Counted from the whole stretch's first letter, positions 38,850-52,078 are shown. The stretch: DNA of 63,960 nucleotides, filler included, from Reticulomyxa filosa (GCA_000512085.1; 24 parts of 24 records of this genome joined end to end with filler, not necessarily neighbours in it), one strand, 5' to 3'. Notes: generated from the letters alone by a model not told the origin. A program made the numbers and translations.

Positions 38850-40756
38850 TATTCATTTTTATTTATATTAATTTATGTACTATTGCTTTTTTTTACTATT
38901 AATTTTCTCTAAAAAAAATAAAGTGAATATTTACATATTTTCCATCTGGATGATTTTATTGCTGTTCATCAGCTACACTTTTTTTAAATAACAATATTAT
39001 ATTTGATAAACTTTTTATGTATTTTTTTTGAAGTAAAAATCTTTATCTTCAGACAAAATCAAATCAAATTCATCACTAGCACTGCTGTTTGTAATTTTGT
39101 TGGATTATCACATAAAATTGTAAATCTTCCAATATCAAATACTTGATTGAAATTACCTTTGTAATCTGATTGAACTTTTTCCAATAATCTTTCATTTTCT
39201 TTCAAACTTGATAGTTTTACAGCCGTAATTTCATATTTTTTGCAACTCTTTCATCAAACTGATAATCTCATTGCTATTCATTGTCTGTTCACTTCTTTCT
39301 CTCAAATTCTCAAAACTTGTCGCGTGTTGTTGGTAGATTGATACAACTTTCACCGTCGATTTTTCTTTCATTTTTATTTTTGAAGTAAAATGAAATGAAT
39401 AGGGGCAAGCGTTGGCAGAGCAAGGGCAAAAGAAGTAGTAACTCTGAAACAGTAACACATATCACACAAACCAGGACCGAACTTTTCCACACAATCTCAT
39501 TGACATAAATCAATCAGAGTTTTGAAAATTCACATCATGTTCAGTATTTTACATTTTTGACTTAGCAACTTCAAATTTAAATTATTTTTCTTGAAGCAGT
39601 AAAATTATTATTTTTTCGTAAAATGCGACTTGACATGTTGCTTTTCTTGATGCTACAAAATCTTTGATATCATTTATACTTGGATATTGACTAAAACGAC
39701 AAATACATGCTTTGACTATGTACATTCTCAGATACAAGACAGTGTACTGCCAAATTTCCCGACGATCCAGTGATTTTACAATTGTTCATTCAATATTTGT
39801 TATCGTGAATTAGCAAGAAACTACCTTGACAACGTTGGTGCCTCAAAAAGGTGTTTGCTTTTCACAGGTGAAAGTGTTTCCAAGAATTGTAGTTGTTTGT
39901 CAGACCTTTAAGAAAAACAATTATTTTTTTGACCGTTGTTATGAACCATCCGTTCTTTGTAGCTAAAATACTTTTGCACAAAAAGTACTCCACGTAAAAC
40001 ATGAAATTTCACATTTCATGAGATTTATTTTCGTGAAAAGTCAGCAGTACAAAAACGTTTGTAATTTTAACAATTAATTAATAAATTTCGTCAAATTTGA
40101 GGATTATATGTGAGTAACTTGAAGTGGACGTCTTACGTTTGACCTTGGAAGAGATAAGCTAGCGATTTGGACAGAGTTTGTTGACGAAAGCTATTGTCTG
40201 TGTTAAATCTTATGAGATGCTTGCCACAACAAAGATTTTTTCAACAATAAACAGAAAAATGAAGGAAAAACAAATTACCACAGAAATCGCAAAAAAAAAC
40301 AAGTAAACCACAAAATCAATTATTTGAGTCAAAAATTGTGATTCTTTTTTTATAAATGACAAGGAAATACAAAAAAATCTTAACATATTGACCGTTTGTT
40401 AGAATGTAAGGTTTACCTGATTTTTCTGACGTGCATTGCGGATGAAAGTACATAATGCGTGCAATGTTTATTTAAATTCTGTTTAGGTCTTAGATTTTGT
40501 GTTTGATGTAAGTGGTATGTAAAAAAGGGTCGAATTTTGTTGATGCTAGATGTCTCATACAAAAGATTTTACTGATCAAGCTTTACAATAAAACAAATCA
40601 ACCAAAAAGTCCACAATGAAAAAAAAGATAAAAGTTCCATCTGCCAAATGGTTGTCCAATATTCTGCATAGTTTACTGTGAAGCCCTTACTAGTGCATTT
40701 TAGCATTACCCCAGCTCCTCCCCCCCCCTCATCCTCCTTATTTTTTTTGAAAATGG

Positions 40757-41284
40757 TCAAATTTTTCCTTTTTTTTGCAATTTAGAGACATTGTTCATAG
40801 TTTTTTGCCTGAACATGACCTTGTCATTGATAAAGTTCATACTGTCGGCCAGAGCGTTCAAGTGGGACTGCAAACCGTTAACCCACAGATCTCTTTCAGT
40901 TTCGTTGCTGGCACGAAAGAAGTATTTTTTGCGAGGAGACTCGATGAAGAATTGTTTGTTTTTTTTATCGGAAGGGTCAGCCTGAACTTTGGTTAATTGC
41001 AGCAAAGTTAGACTATTTTGAAACTTTCGGCGCTCATGAATGTCAAGTGGGTTTTCAATGTATTGTTCTTTTTTGCTCCAAAGCAAGTGTGTACGTTTCA
41101 CAATAAACCATCGCTTTTGCCATCCACCAAATCTCTTTCCCGACTTTTTTTCCAAATAGCCATGCAACTGTGGCAACTGATGTACACTTTGTTGCATCTC
41201 TTGAATTTGTGCCACAGTATCCACTCTCTGCAATTTGCTGGCCACTGAATTGGTACTTAACGAATTTGTACCAGTTTCGGATTG

Positions 41285-41327
<43 letters not shown>

Positions 41328-42201
41328 GTATTCGTATTTGTATTCGTATTATTACCACCACTGGTAGTCTTTTCTGTGGTCGCGCTTTGCTTTTGACTGT
41401 TTGCATGTATCAATAACTCCGGTGCGATGCCGGCCGTATTGGCATTGCCACCACTGACACCCCCTTTGGCGTGCAGCATAGCTGTCAGGTTGACTGAGCA
41501 ACGCTTGAACTCCTCCTTGTTCGTGGTCTTCATCTGGAACAGGTCCTTTGCCATGTCCGCCACTGTTTCATCTGGATCATTGTCCGCGTCTTTTACACGT
41601 GGAGTTGTTTTGTCACACAACAAGGACAAGGGCTGAAGAGAGATCGAAAGAGAAGAGGGGCAAGGAAGGGGTCACAGATCACTACATTCAATGGGGAGGC
41701 AGCGAGAGGAGAGTAATAATATTCGTTAACATTTACGTAACTTGGAACATCTCCCGACGCTTTGTTGTCGTCGTCACTCCCTATATCTAAATCGTCGATC
41801 AAGTCGGTGATGTCGTCGTCATCCAATACATTGTTTTCAGGCTTTGCGCTTCCTTGACTGACGTTGCTTGTCTTGCCCTTGTCGCTTGCGTTATCCTTCA
41901 GCTTGGGCGCTTCCTTTTCAATTTCTTCATCCATTTCCAATTCTTCACTGCTGTCATTCTTGTCTTTGTTGGTGTTTTCCTCAAACTCGTCGTTGTCCAA
42001 CTGATCCAACACTGACAAAATATCCAACGATAAATCTGTCACACTTACAGTTTCTACTTTTAATTGCCCAACTGTTAACATGATCCTTGCTTTTGGTTTT
42101 TCAAATTTTTTTTTCCAAATAGTTCGTTTTTGAAGAGGTCGGTCGTGTTCCTTTGCTTGTTCCTTCGATCCCAAATAACGGCGCAAGCTCTTTGAAATCA
42201 T
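40757..42201 (-). CDS. PH-domain protein with acidic region and poly-Asn tract
   Basis: LHGYLEKKSGKRFGGWQKRWFIVK...YFFRASNETERDLWVNGL is a PH domain; a phase-0 GT-AG intron at about 41685-41633 joins the two ORFs; (AAT)n encodes poly-N. Confidence 0.88.
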
Positions 42202-42703
42202 TCAATATCTTACATTTTGTTCTTATTCGCAATGTTTGGCAATGAAAATGTCATTTTTTAATCACAATTTGCAAATAATTATCAATTTTTTTTTTTTATG
42301 ACTTAATGCTTCTATTTTTGAATTGGCAGTTGGAATCTTATCTCAAATTCAGTGCTTGATATCTTTTGTACAGTGAAGAATTTTCATTTGTGAGCAGATT
42401 TGATGTGCTACTGCTGACACGCTTCCTTTAAAACAAGGAGATTGTGACAATATTTTGAGGTTCTGATCTGCGTATTTAAATTAAATTCAAGTCACAAATG
42501 AACAACGCTGGGTATGTTCTATTGAATTCTATGAACAGAGACACTTTACTTTTTAAAAAAAACGGAAAAAGCGTGTGATCAACACAGGACAACAAAAATG
42601 CATGGGAAAATCCCAAGGAAACAGAAACACAAAAACTGTATAACGACCCAGGACGAAATGCAACCGGGTCGACTTCTAAAAAAGCTGGCCACGATAATAA
42701 CAG

Positions 42704-43012
42704 GAAGAAGTAAAAGTGCATATATCACCTGACGTAAAAAAAAGCCACCTCTCTCAAGAGCCACAACCATCAAAACCAAAGCCAACAGTCAATCTGGATA
42801 CTGCGACCTGTTGTTCAACCACAAGTAAAATCATATGGGTTTTAGTTGGAATGGCTGCTATAGTGTTTATTATCGGCATACTTCTACTTAGAAATAACAA
42901 CCAGGCACAAATAGGTGCCGGGGTCGGGATGGTGTTGTGTGGATTCTTTGCATTGTTGCTGTTTTTTTATTGTGGCTTCAAGTGCCTTGGCTGGTGTGGA
43001 TGCAGCAAGTGA
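42704..43012 (+). CDS. Small two-transmembrane protein with Cys-rich tail (last exon)
   Basis: Two hydrophobic helices (IIWVLVGMAAIVFIIGILLL; IGAGVGMVLCGFFALLLFFY); upstream exon structure uncertain. Confidence 0.55.
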   Translation, partial: EEVKVHISPDVKKSHLSQEPQPSKPKPTVNLDTATCCSTTSKIIWVLVGMAAIVFIIGILLLRNNNQAQIGAGVGMVLCGFFALLLFFYCGFKCLGWCGCSK

Positions 43013-43742
43013 CGACCGAAAACCATAACGTGCACGCACAAAACTACAATTTTTTTTGGCTATTTCTACGTTTTGTGTAATGAAAGATGAGGGGAGGGGA
43101 AATGAATATCATATTTTAGCGTTATCTTTATTATTTTATCTTTTTTTTTTCCATTTAGAAATTAATTGTTTTGTTTTGTGGTGTCTCGAATTGAAAAACC
43201 ACAACTTTTTTCAATTTTACAGTAGGATGATAGTAAACCTAAGCCTTTGCAGGCGCGACAACTGGACAAATATCTATATTCTGAGGGAACATTTCACTGG
43301 TCAGTTTTTGTTGCAATTGTATTATTGAGTTTGCAAGGTTACATTAAAATTCCTCAGTGTTGCTCCGACTTTTCGTGTCACAGCGATACAAACCATCAAA
43401 AATCCAAGTTGTAAAAAGGGGGAAAAAAAAGAAAAAGGTATATGTTCTGTCCAAACTGTGTGTATTTTGTAAAGAGCCAACACCACATGCCACAAAAAAA
43501 AAAAGAAAAACAATAACCAGACAAACAACACATGAAAAATAGTAGGAGTTAAAATAAAAGATGAAACGAAACAAAGCAAATAAAGATCGCATTCATTCAC
43601 GCTTGTTTTTTTTTTCTTTGGGTTTGTTCTTCCCTTTTTTTTTTCTTTTTTTTCAGTTGTTAAATTTGTCTTTCATTTATTCTTTTCCTTTTTCTTTAGC
43701 TTTGATAAATGTGAAAATATCAATGGATAATGACAACAAAAG

Positions 43743-44876
43743 CTATTTGCTGACCTTTTTGGACTTGAATTCCTTCAGCACTCTTTCCACTGTTCCCAAG
43801 ACACTTTTCTTTTCCTTCAAGATAGTGCTGCGTGCTTTTTGGTCTTCACTGCGCGATCTTTTTTCATCCCGACAGGAAAGGAAAAGGGACACACCAAAAA
43901 AAAAAAAAAAAAGTTAATTTTTTTCTTGACTAATTTATTTATTTGTTTTTCATAGATTAGGAGATAAACTTTTTGCATTCCACTTCAAACCCCCATTCAT
44001 CGGAATCTTCTCCATCGGCAATATCCTCCATACTAATTGTCCCCTCAACTTCTTTTTCATCCACAATGCCTTTCCATTTCGCTTTGAAACTCAAGTCCCA
44101 GCCCGCTCGCAATTTCCCTCGTGTAAGCAAATATGTTGCCTTAGCACAGGCACATATACACATTTGTTCTTTTTTTTTCCTCCCTCCTCTCAATCTATCC
44201 CCATATCACTATGTTCTATATTTTCCGATTTCCCGCTACTTGCTTTTTTTTTTCCCCCTTCCCCCTTTTACGGGAGATTACCCTGGATAAGAAAAGGGAA
44301 ACAGAAACAAAACTGTTCCGTCGACTTTTTCAACTTCGTCGATTTTGATTGGTGCTCCTTTAAATTGTACTCTCAACAGTTCTTGTTTTAGTTGCTGATG
44401 GACCCATTCACTGTAATCATATTCTTCCCTTTTTTTCCCCCCCCAAATACACACCCCGTTTTTTTTTAATAAAAAAAATATTAGTGTTAGTGCCTTTGCT
44501 TTTGTATTGGCAAGATTGTTGTTTTGTGAGAGAGGGTCAAAGTGAAATTGATTTGATACATGGTTGATCCAGTATTCCACAAACTGCCCATACTTTTGGA
44601 TGCTGTTTGCTCTTCCTTTTCTTTTGCGGTTTGCTCGTCGACTTTTTGTGGTTTGAATTTCTTTGCTTGCTCTGGATCTGTCGACTTAAAAAAGTAATAG
44701 GATGAACTATCTATTTTGCTCTTAGTCTTATTCTCGCTGTCGCCTTTCGCTGCTTTTGTATCTTTCTTTTTATTTTTTATTTCTTCTTCAGGGGTACTTT
44801 CACGACTTGAAGAGCTCATTGTGTCGGAGTTTGCATTTTGTTTCTTTTTGTTATCTTCTTTTGCAGTTGTTGTCAT
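43743..44876 (-). CDS. Aha1 N-terminal-domain protein (Hsp90 co-chaperone, Hch1-like)
   Basis: Four exons: GSLWNTGSTM | EEYDYSEWVHQQLK...IDEVEKVDG | ATYLLTRGKLRAGWDLSFKAKWKG...EGTISMEDI | ...VERVLKEFKSKKVSK*. Confidence 0.8.
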
Positions 44877-45234
44877 TTCCACAAGATATTTACTTTATGT
44901 CTGCTTTTCCCTTGCACCAAACTTTAGATTTGATGCTTTATCTTATTCTTGCGCACTCAAAAAAAAATCCTTTAAATTGCATTTTTGGTAAAAAAACCCT
45001 TGAATTTACATTTTGTTTAAAAAAAAGTAATGAAACTGAATTTAACAACATTTATTTTGCAAGTTTTAACGCTTTCAATTCAAAAATACAAAGGATCGTT
45101 TGCCAAAAAAAAAGGAAAAAGCTGGGATGAGTAAAAAAGCTCACAAGATAAAACATCCAAGAAGGAGAATACTTATTTCAGATATTTTGCACAAACAGTG
45201 TGATTTCATCTCTTGCTGACTGCCACATATTTGA

Positions 45235-47701
45235 TCACGTAACATGACGAACAAATACTTCTTTCATGCTATAAGATGTTTTTTTGTCAAAATGAAATAT
45301 TTCCCAAGGGGCTGTTGGTAAAAAAAAAAGAAAAGTAATTAACTCGACATCTGAAAACGTGACAATTTTAAAATTAGGATTGACTTCAGCAATTTTTTTG
45401 AGCCACTCTGAGCAAGCGCCGCAAGGTCCACGGGGATTGTTATCCTCAGGTGCTTTCTCATTCATTTTGGTATCAACCGACTGCCGATTGCCAAATGGAT
45501 TTGATTGGTTGAAAATAGTTTGATTGCGGTGCATGAAGGCACTATAATGGTGTTGAGCCTTTTCCAAGCGCAAAGGAGGAGGACTGAGTGGCGAGCCTTT
45601 ACATCAAACAAAGCATGCATGAACAGCAACAAAAACAAAAAAAAACAAAAAAAAAAAAAATGATAACAATAATAACTTGGTTGTGGAGATTGTTCCCTAT
45701 CAAATTTGGAGATTTTGGCTGCAGAAGAGAGATCAGGCATTTGCAAAACGGCGACCATTTTGAAGTATTCTCTGCGAATGGAAGGATCACTAACAAAGGC
45801 ACTGCCAATGGCATTCCTTTCAGCACACAAGGAGCCCGTGGACATGGCGACCTCCATATTCACACCGCGGAAGTATTGAATCGGCTCGTTGGGCTTTTGG
45901 ATCATCACAACGGCCAAAATGGGTTGATACGACTTTCGCAGCCAAAATGTCTCGATTTCAGATTTTGGAGCTTTCATTTTTATCGAAAAGTCATCCTTCC
46001 AGCTTTCCATTTCATGCACAATCTTTTGAACGTCTTTGCTCACTTCCTGCCGTTGTAACGCCGGATATGTTTCCATATCGTTGAACGTTAAATATTCGAT
46101 GTCTTCTTCCCACAATTTATCAAGTTTAGGAAATCTTTTTTTTTTTAAAAAAAAAAAAAAATTATATATATACATATACATATATGTATATGTGCATGTA
46201 TATGCAATTGCATTTAGATTTGCATATAATCAAATGAATTTTTTTGACAAATAACTTGGACCACAAAGTCTTCAAGTTGACAACATGCAGCATGTCGGGT
46301 TCAAATGGCCTCAAGCCCTCGGTCAAAGCCGATAAGCGTGCAGGAGCGCCGTCACACAACGCCAGCGACAAATGAAAGTATTTTTTCCATCGATTGCCGA
46401 AATGGGTGGCCAAGTAGCTGAGTTCGCGATCAATTGTGGGTCGTAATTCCTGATGGACAAATCGAACGTTCTCTGTGTCTATTATTTGTACACACATACA
46501 CAGGGGTCAACAAAAAAAACACATATTACATGTATGTATATACATATATATATATGTATATGTTTATGTATGGATATGTACAAATACAACAAACATCGAA
46601 AGATCTCTTTGCCACTGTCAAACGGGATGACTTCGACATTGGAATAGTTTTGTTCAATGAACCTTTGTAAGATCTCACTTAACAACTCCGTGCTGTCGTC
46701 GTCGTTGTGTTCTTTATTTCCCTCTTTGCACTCCTCCAAGTCATTTTGCAATGCCCCCGCGCCAGAGATCAAATACATTTTGTAGCGAAGAAAGGACATT
46801 GACAGCGTGGGCATGGCGTGGAGATCGCTTATTTTCCTTGTAACTCGATGAGAAGACTCCATCCACGAAGAAGAAGAAGAAGAAGAAGGAAGAGAACGAG
46901 AAGCAGCAACAATCGATTGAGATGAACGCACTGACTGCATTTTGAGTGGAAGACGAGTGGGCGAACTTTTCGTGCTTTTGTTTGTCTCTGTTCCATTTAT
47001 TTCAGTATCACTGTCATTGCCACCATTCCATTGTTTCTCTTTTCTATCTTTTTTTTTTTTTCCCCATATCCCATACCCCATACCCCATATCCCCAGATCA
47101 CTCAATGTTCATCCTTCATTGGCACAGTCGATATCAAAGTAATCGAAAGAATCCGTGAATAAGAGAAAATAGGGGGGGAAAAGATGTGACGTGTGCCTTA
47201 GATGATACCCTCTCCATTGGGCGAGAGAGGTGACGACAAGGAGTTGGCTAATGGAAACGTGGCGGATGACATGTCTTTGGACACCATCACTTCATCAATG
47301 GTACTCGACTGTGTCGACACGTAATCAAGTGTGGACTTGGTTCGCTTCTGTGCAAACTCGTTCATTGCGTTTACATTGTGCAATGAAAGCCATTTGGGGA
47401 TGATGATTGCGACCAATGGAAAAAAGATTTTACACACGACAATGTCATTATCTTTGTTCTTGCTTACATTTGTCGTGGTCTTCTCACTTTGCTCATTGTC
47501 ATGCTTCGTCTTCGTTTCGTTTGCGTCACTCGTCGTCGTCGTCCTACTCTTTTCGTCTTTGCTGCTTTCGTCGCGATTCAATGTTTGTGTCTTCACGTTC
47601 CCGCTCGGCTCGTCGCGCAAACGAAAGTCGCGATGGTTGCATATCCTCGCGGGTGGGTTCAGTTCCAGTCCTACTGATCGTCGGTTCCCTGTCGAGTCTT
47701 C
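45235..47701 (-). CDS. Cytidine-deaminase-fold protein with an N-terminal CARF-like Rossmann domain, 5' truncated
   Basis: Exons about 47701-47210, 47038-46595, 46478-46256, 46134-45677, 45596-45344 and 45269-45235. Deaminase motifs GVNMEV..GSLCAERNAI and PCGAC..WL are secure; the CARF-like assignment rests on EIFRYTENVRFV...LSLALCDGAPARLSAL and is an inference. Confidence 0.8.
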
Positions 47702-47801
47702 NNNNNNNNNNNNNNNNNNNNNNNNNNNNNNNNNNNNNNNNNNNNTTAATTAATTAANNNNNNNNNNNNNNNNNNNNNNNNNNNNNNNNNNNNNNNNNNN
47801 N

Positions 47802-48643
47802 ATTGAAATGAAATGTTCAGATTGTTGTGAATAATCCAATAAATCCATCATCTTTTTTGATTCTCCACATTTCGCATACACATTCAACATACAATTTATT
47901 GATACCATATCAATTTCAATATTAGGTTGATTTTGCATCGTTTTCCAAATTATTTCAGCACTTTCCATATCACATGCATTTGCACATACTGATAACATTG
48001 AATTACATACTATTACATCTGGTTTAAGATTGTAACGATCGACTAATAATTGGAAATAATATAAAGCCTGTTTAACATCACCTCTCTTTGAACATCCTTG
48101 AATCATTGTGGATAAAGTAATCAAATTAGGATTGAAAGGTGTCGTACTGGATGTTAATTCTTTATGAATAAACCATTGTTCAAATAATTTCTTTTGAAGA
48201 TCAAATTTATTCCAAATACCCAAATAATTCAAAACAGCACCACAAAAGATAACACCCAATGGAATATTTTGCTGATAAATCAATTGAATAATATTATGAA
48301 ATGCATTTGGTTGTTTTAATTCAGAACATCTTTTAATTGCAGCAGTATGAATACTTGTATCCTGATAATGAGTATTTTGCAGAAATTGAATAATCTCATT
48401 TGTGGTTGCCATTTCTTTAATCAATGATCTTTCATGCTGTGATTGTTGAGGTGGTTTTGTTTTTGTCAATGCTTTTTTTCGTCCTTGTAATTTTTTCTTT
48501 GTTTCATTAGATTTGTGCTTTTCTTCTAAAAGAGTTTCATATTGACTTTTTGGGCGTAGAGCCACGACAAAGATGGGAGTGAGTGTTGATTTGTAAAAGA
48601 CATGTCTGAAGGATGACATGTTCTTTGTTATTGTTTTCATCAT
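47802..48643 (-). CDS. Pentatricopeptide-repeat (PPR) protein, 3' truncated
   Basis: PNLITLSTMIQGCSKRGDVKQALYYF, KPDVIVCNSMLSVCANACDMESAEIIW and DMVSINCMLNVYAKCGESKK are 35-aa PPR repeats; the basic N-terminus may be a mitochondrial targeting peptide. Confidence 0.92.
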
Positions 48644-49469
48644 TGTTTTTTTTTTTTTTAGTTTTTTTTTGTATAGTTTTTTTTTTTTAAATCACCAACT
48701 AAATTTTCAGAATCGATACGACAACGAAAGAAATTATTTAAACAAATGTGACAGTATTTAAAATTTGTTAATTGCATCAGGCTATCAGAAGCGAAAGAGG
48801 TGAATAAAATTAAAATAAACGTGTTCATGTGTGACAACAACAGTAATAGTGTAAATTCCGTCCTATTTTTCCGGGTGTTTGTTTTTTTTTCCCTTTCCAA
48901 ACTTTGGCAAGGAATATCAGAAGCATTCGGTCCACCTTTGTGTCATTGCCAAAATAATAATAAAAATACAAAAACGAAGCAAAAAGGAAAAGCACATATG
49001 TGTCCCGAAAGGAATTCAAAATGCTTCACGACCAACAACAGTAAAAAAAAAATTATTAAAAAAGAAGAAGTGTTGAAACAATTCAGTTACGACTGAAAGA
49101 ACATCAAAGGGCTGACATACATTGCGATACTTTATTATTTGGATTGTAAATTTAGATTAAACTTATGATGTGTATTTTCTTTGTTAATATATTGTTGTTA
49201 ATTTATCTACCCTAGTTTCTTTTTTTTTTAAAAAAAAGAAAATTTCATTCGGAAAGCAAAAAAAAAAAAAAAAAGCAACAAACCAAATCGAACCAAAGCA
49301 TATAGGACAATGGAGAAGAGAAACACTTGCGAAACAAATCCATGACAATAGAGGGAAGGAGAAAAACAAAAACAAAAACAAAAAAAGTTACAATAGTGGA
49401 AAAGTCCCTTCAAACAAACAAACAAACAAACAAGCAAAAAAAAAGAAAGAAAGAAATAGGAAATGTAAA

Positions 49470-50287
49470 TTAGCGAGAGTGCGTGCAAGAAGAAGAAGAA
49501 GAAGAAGAAGAAGAAGAAGAGCAAGAGCGAATGACACGAAAGAACTTGGGCACAAATCGAAAAAGGGGAGCGTCTCTCCGTCGATCTTTTGAATGTCCAA
49601 AAGGAAGTATTGACTGGGTGTGGAGGACAATCCGTTGGATGCATTGCCTGCTTTATGTCGTGCAAACAGGGCTTTTTGTTTGTTCATTTGATTCATTTTG
49701 TTTGGAGACAAATAGAAATTCAATAAATAAATAAATAAATAAATAAAAAAAGAAAGAAAAAAACTTGGAAAATGTGAACGCTTATGATAAGCAGTCGTCT
49801 TGTGTATTGTGGACAAAGGAGCAGGCGGCGGTTTGGACGAGTACAAAGCCAATTTGATTTGCACAAAGTGTGGTCTTTTCCCATTGTGTCGTGACGACTT
49901 GTCTCCGTCTGTGGACGGCCATGTCTTGCCATTCACTATTATATAATACATATATATATGTATATACATTTAATAAGTAACATTTTTTTTTTTTTTAAAA
50001 AAAAAAGTGGCTCATTTTGTCGACAAAAAGTTATTGGCATTAATTTGACAAAAAAAAAAAAAAAAGAGAGGATTAACAATGAATTGCATCAGCATCACTA
50101 CTGTCATTAGGATCATCAGCATCGTCAAGATGATCATGGTCCCCCATACCGCCGCTGTTGCTATTGTCATTCCGACGCCCATGTCCATTGCCATGTCCAT
50201 TGCCATTGCCATTAGTAATGGAGTAATGACGATTTGAATTGGGATCATGATTAGAATTGGCATCAACATTGACATTGACATTGACAT
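49470..50287 (-). CDS. SNF1/AMPK-alpha-related kinase, C-terminal (KA1-like) domain exons
   Basis: FVQIKLALYS ... YFLLDIQKIDGETLPFFDLC matches the SnRK1/AMPK-alpha C-terminal pattern; the upstream exon is Asn/Gly/Asp-rich. Confidence 0.6.
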
Positions 50288-50387
50288 NNNNNNNNNNNNN
50301 NNNNNNNNNNNNNNNNNNNNNNNNNNNNNNNTTAATTAATTAANNNNNNNNNNNNNNNNNNNNNNNNNNNNNNNNNNNNNNNNNNNN

Positions 50388-51656
50388 ATAAATATAAACA
50401 AATTTATTATCAAATGTAGTAATAACATATCAAGAACCATACAAAAAAGATACATCAAAAGCAAAAGGTAGATGGAGTAATGGAATGTGCACAATAACAA
50501 AACGAAACTGGATATCTGAAACAAATCATAATCAATTCGCCGAAAATAATATAATGACTATAATCATACATAAATATCAAATAATAATAATATTTATATA
50601 TATACCACCAAATGAAGATGAAATGAATGATAAAATATCAACAAACACATTTAGAAATCTGGAAAAGATAATTCAACTATTTAATATATTAAAATATATT
50701 ATTATAATAATGGGGGATTTCAATGCACGAATTATAGATACAGGTGATAGAATAACAAATCAAAGTGGACAATTACTAAAGCAACTATGTCAAATACACA
50801 AATTAGAAATTTTAAATACAAATCAAACATTTGGTCAAAGAACATATCATAATTTTAAAACAAAACAATTAACTTTTTCAATTGTAGATTATGTTATTAT
50901 TAATACAAATATAAGATTGAAAAAATGTACTCCACAAATTGATATAATTAAAGCATTCACAGAATCAGACCACTTTCCTATAAGATTAACATTTGATATA
51001 CCTGAATATATAATCATAAATAAACAATATCCACAATTACCAAAAATTATAATAACAAGAGATAAAACAAAATTAAAAAAGATATTACAAAAAGAATAGA
51101 CAAACTATTGATTGATACAGCAATGAAAAATTATGAACCAGATCTAGTATATGAAGGATTAATGTTGAATATCTATGATACATTAAACAAAACAAACATG
51201 ATACGTACAAAATATATGAATCATATAAAAGACATGGAACAAATTGATAAAAGAATTTGTGAAATAATTAACATTATCAACATTTGCATCATTCATAACG
51301 CATCGGAACATCTATTAAAACAAAACATTGACACATACACAAAACATAAAGAACAAATACAAAAACAAGAACTAAATAAAATAATTAAAAAGCTTCAAAA
51401 TAAAATAAATAATGGTGATAATAAAAACTTTTATGAAACCATTCGGAGACTTCAAATAAATAATAACATCCAAATTCAGGATAACATAGGAATAGTGATC
51501 CATCAGAACAAAGACAAAGCGATTACAATTGGCAAATATTTCCAACAACTATTCAAACACAAATATCACATGAATATACAATGGGAAAATGAAATAAATA
51601 CAAAAACACAATAATATATAAATCAAGCATATATCATATGATACAACATTAGATGA
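50388..51656 (+). mobile_element. Non-LTR retrotransposon (LINE) ORF2 fragment, APE endonuclease domain
   Basis: IYIPP, IIIMGDFNA, RTY, SIVDYVI and SDHFPI motifs; A-rich intronless sense strand; stops at 51097 and 51612 indicate decay. Confidence 0.82.
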
Positions 51657-51756
51657 NNNNNNNNNNNNNNNNNNNNNNNNNNNNNNNNNNNNNNNNNNNN
51701 TTAATTAATTAANNNNNNNNNNNNNNNNNNNNNNNNNNNNNNNNNNNNNNNNNNNN

Positions 51757-52078
51757 TCGATCTGGTGAACAAATTCAAGTATTCAATGGACATTCAAGTG
51801 CTGTGATGTGTGTTGAATATTCACCATTTATAATAAAGAATAGTATTGATAATTCAAATGTGATATGTTCTGGATCACATGACAATACAATTCGTTTTTG
51901 GGATGTTCGATTAAATAAGAATGAATTATATATGATCAATGGAGATGATGAAAAAGATCGTGGAATAACTTGTCTTAAATTTATTAAATTGAAAAAGAAA
52001 GGGAATACAGAGAATGTCACATATGATTTGAATTTGTGTTATGGTTCATACAATGGTCCCATTCGTATTTGTGGATAA
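51757..52078 (+). CDS. WD40-repeat family C-terminal fragment
   Basis: QVFNGHSSAVMCVEYSPF...ICSGSHDNTIRFWDVR...GPIRICG*; cut by the contig start. Confidence 0.8.

Noticed and set aside
38420-38912. Short ORFs inside the MITE as a possible transposase
   Set aside because: No DDE/D or HTH motifs; AT-rich chance ORFs.
50012-50287. Met/Ile-rich ORF MSMSMSMLMP
   Set aside because: Wrong frame; the Asn/Gly/Asp-rich frame on the same strand is the plausible exon of the kinase-related gene.
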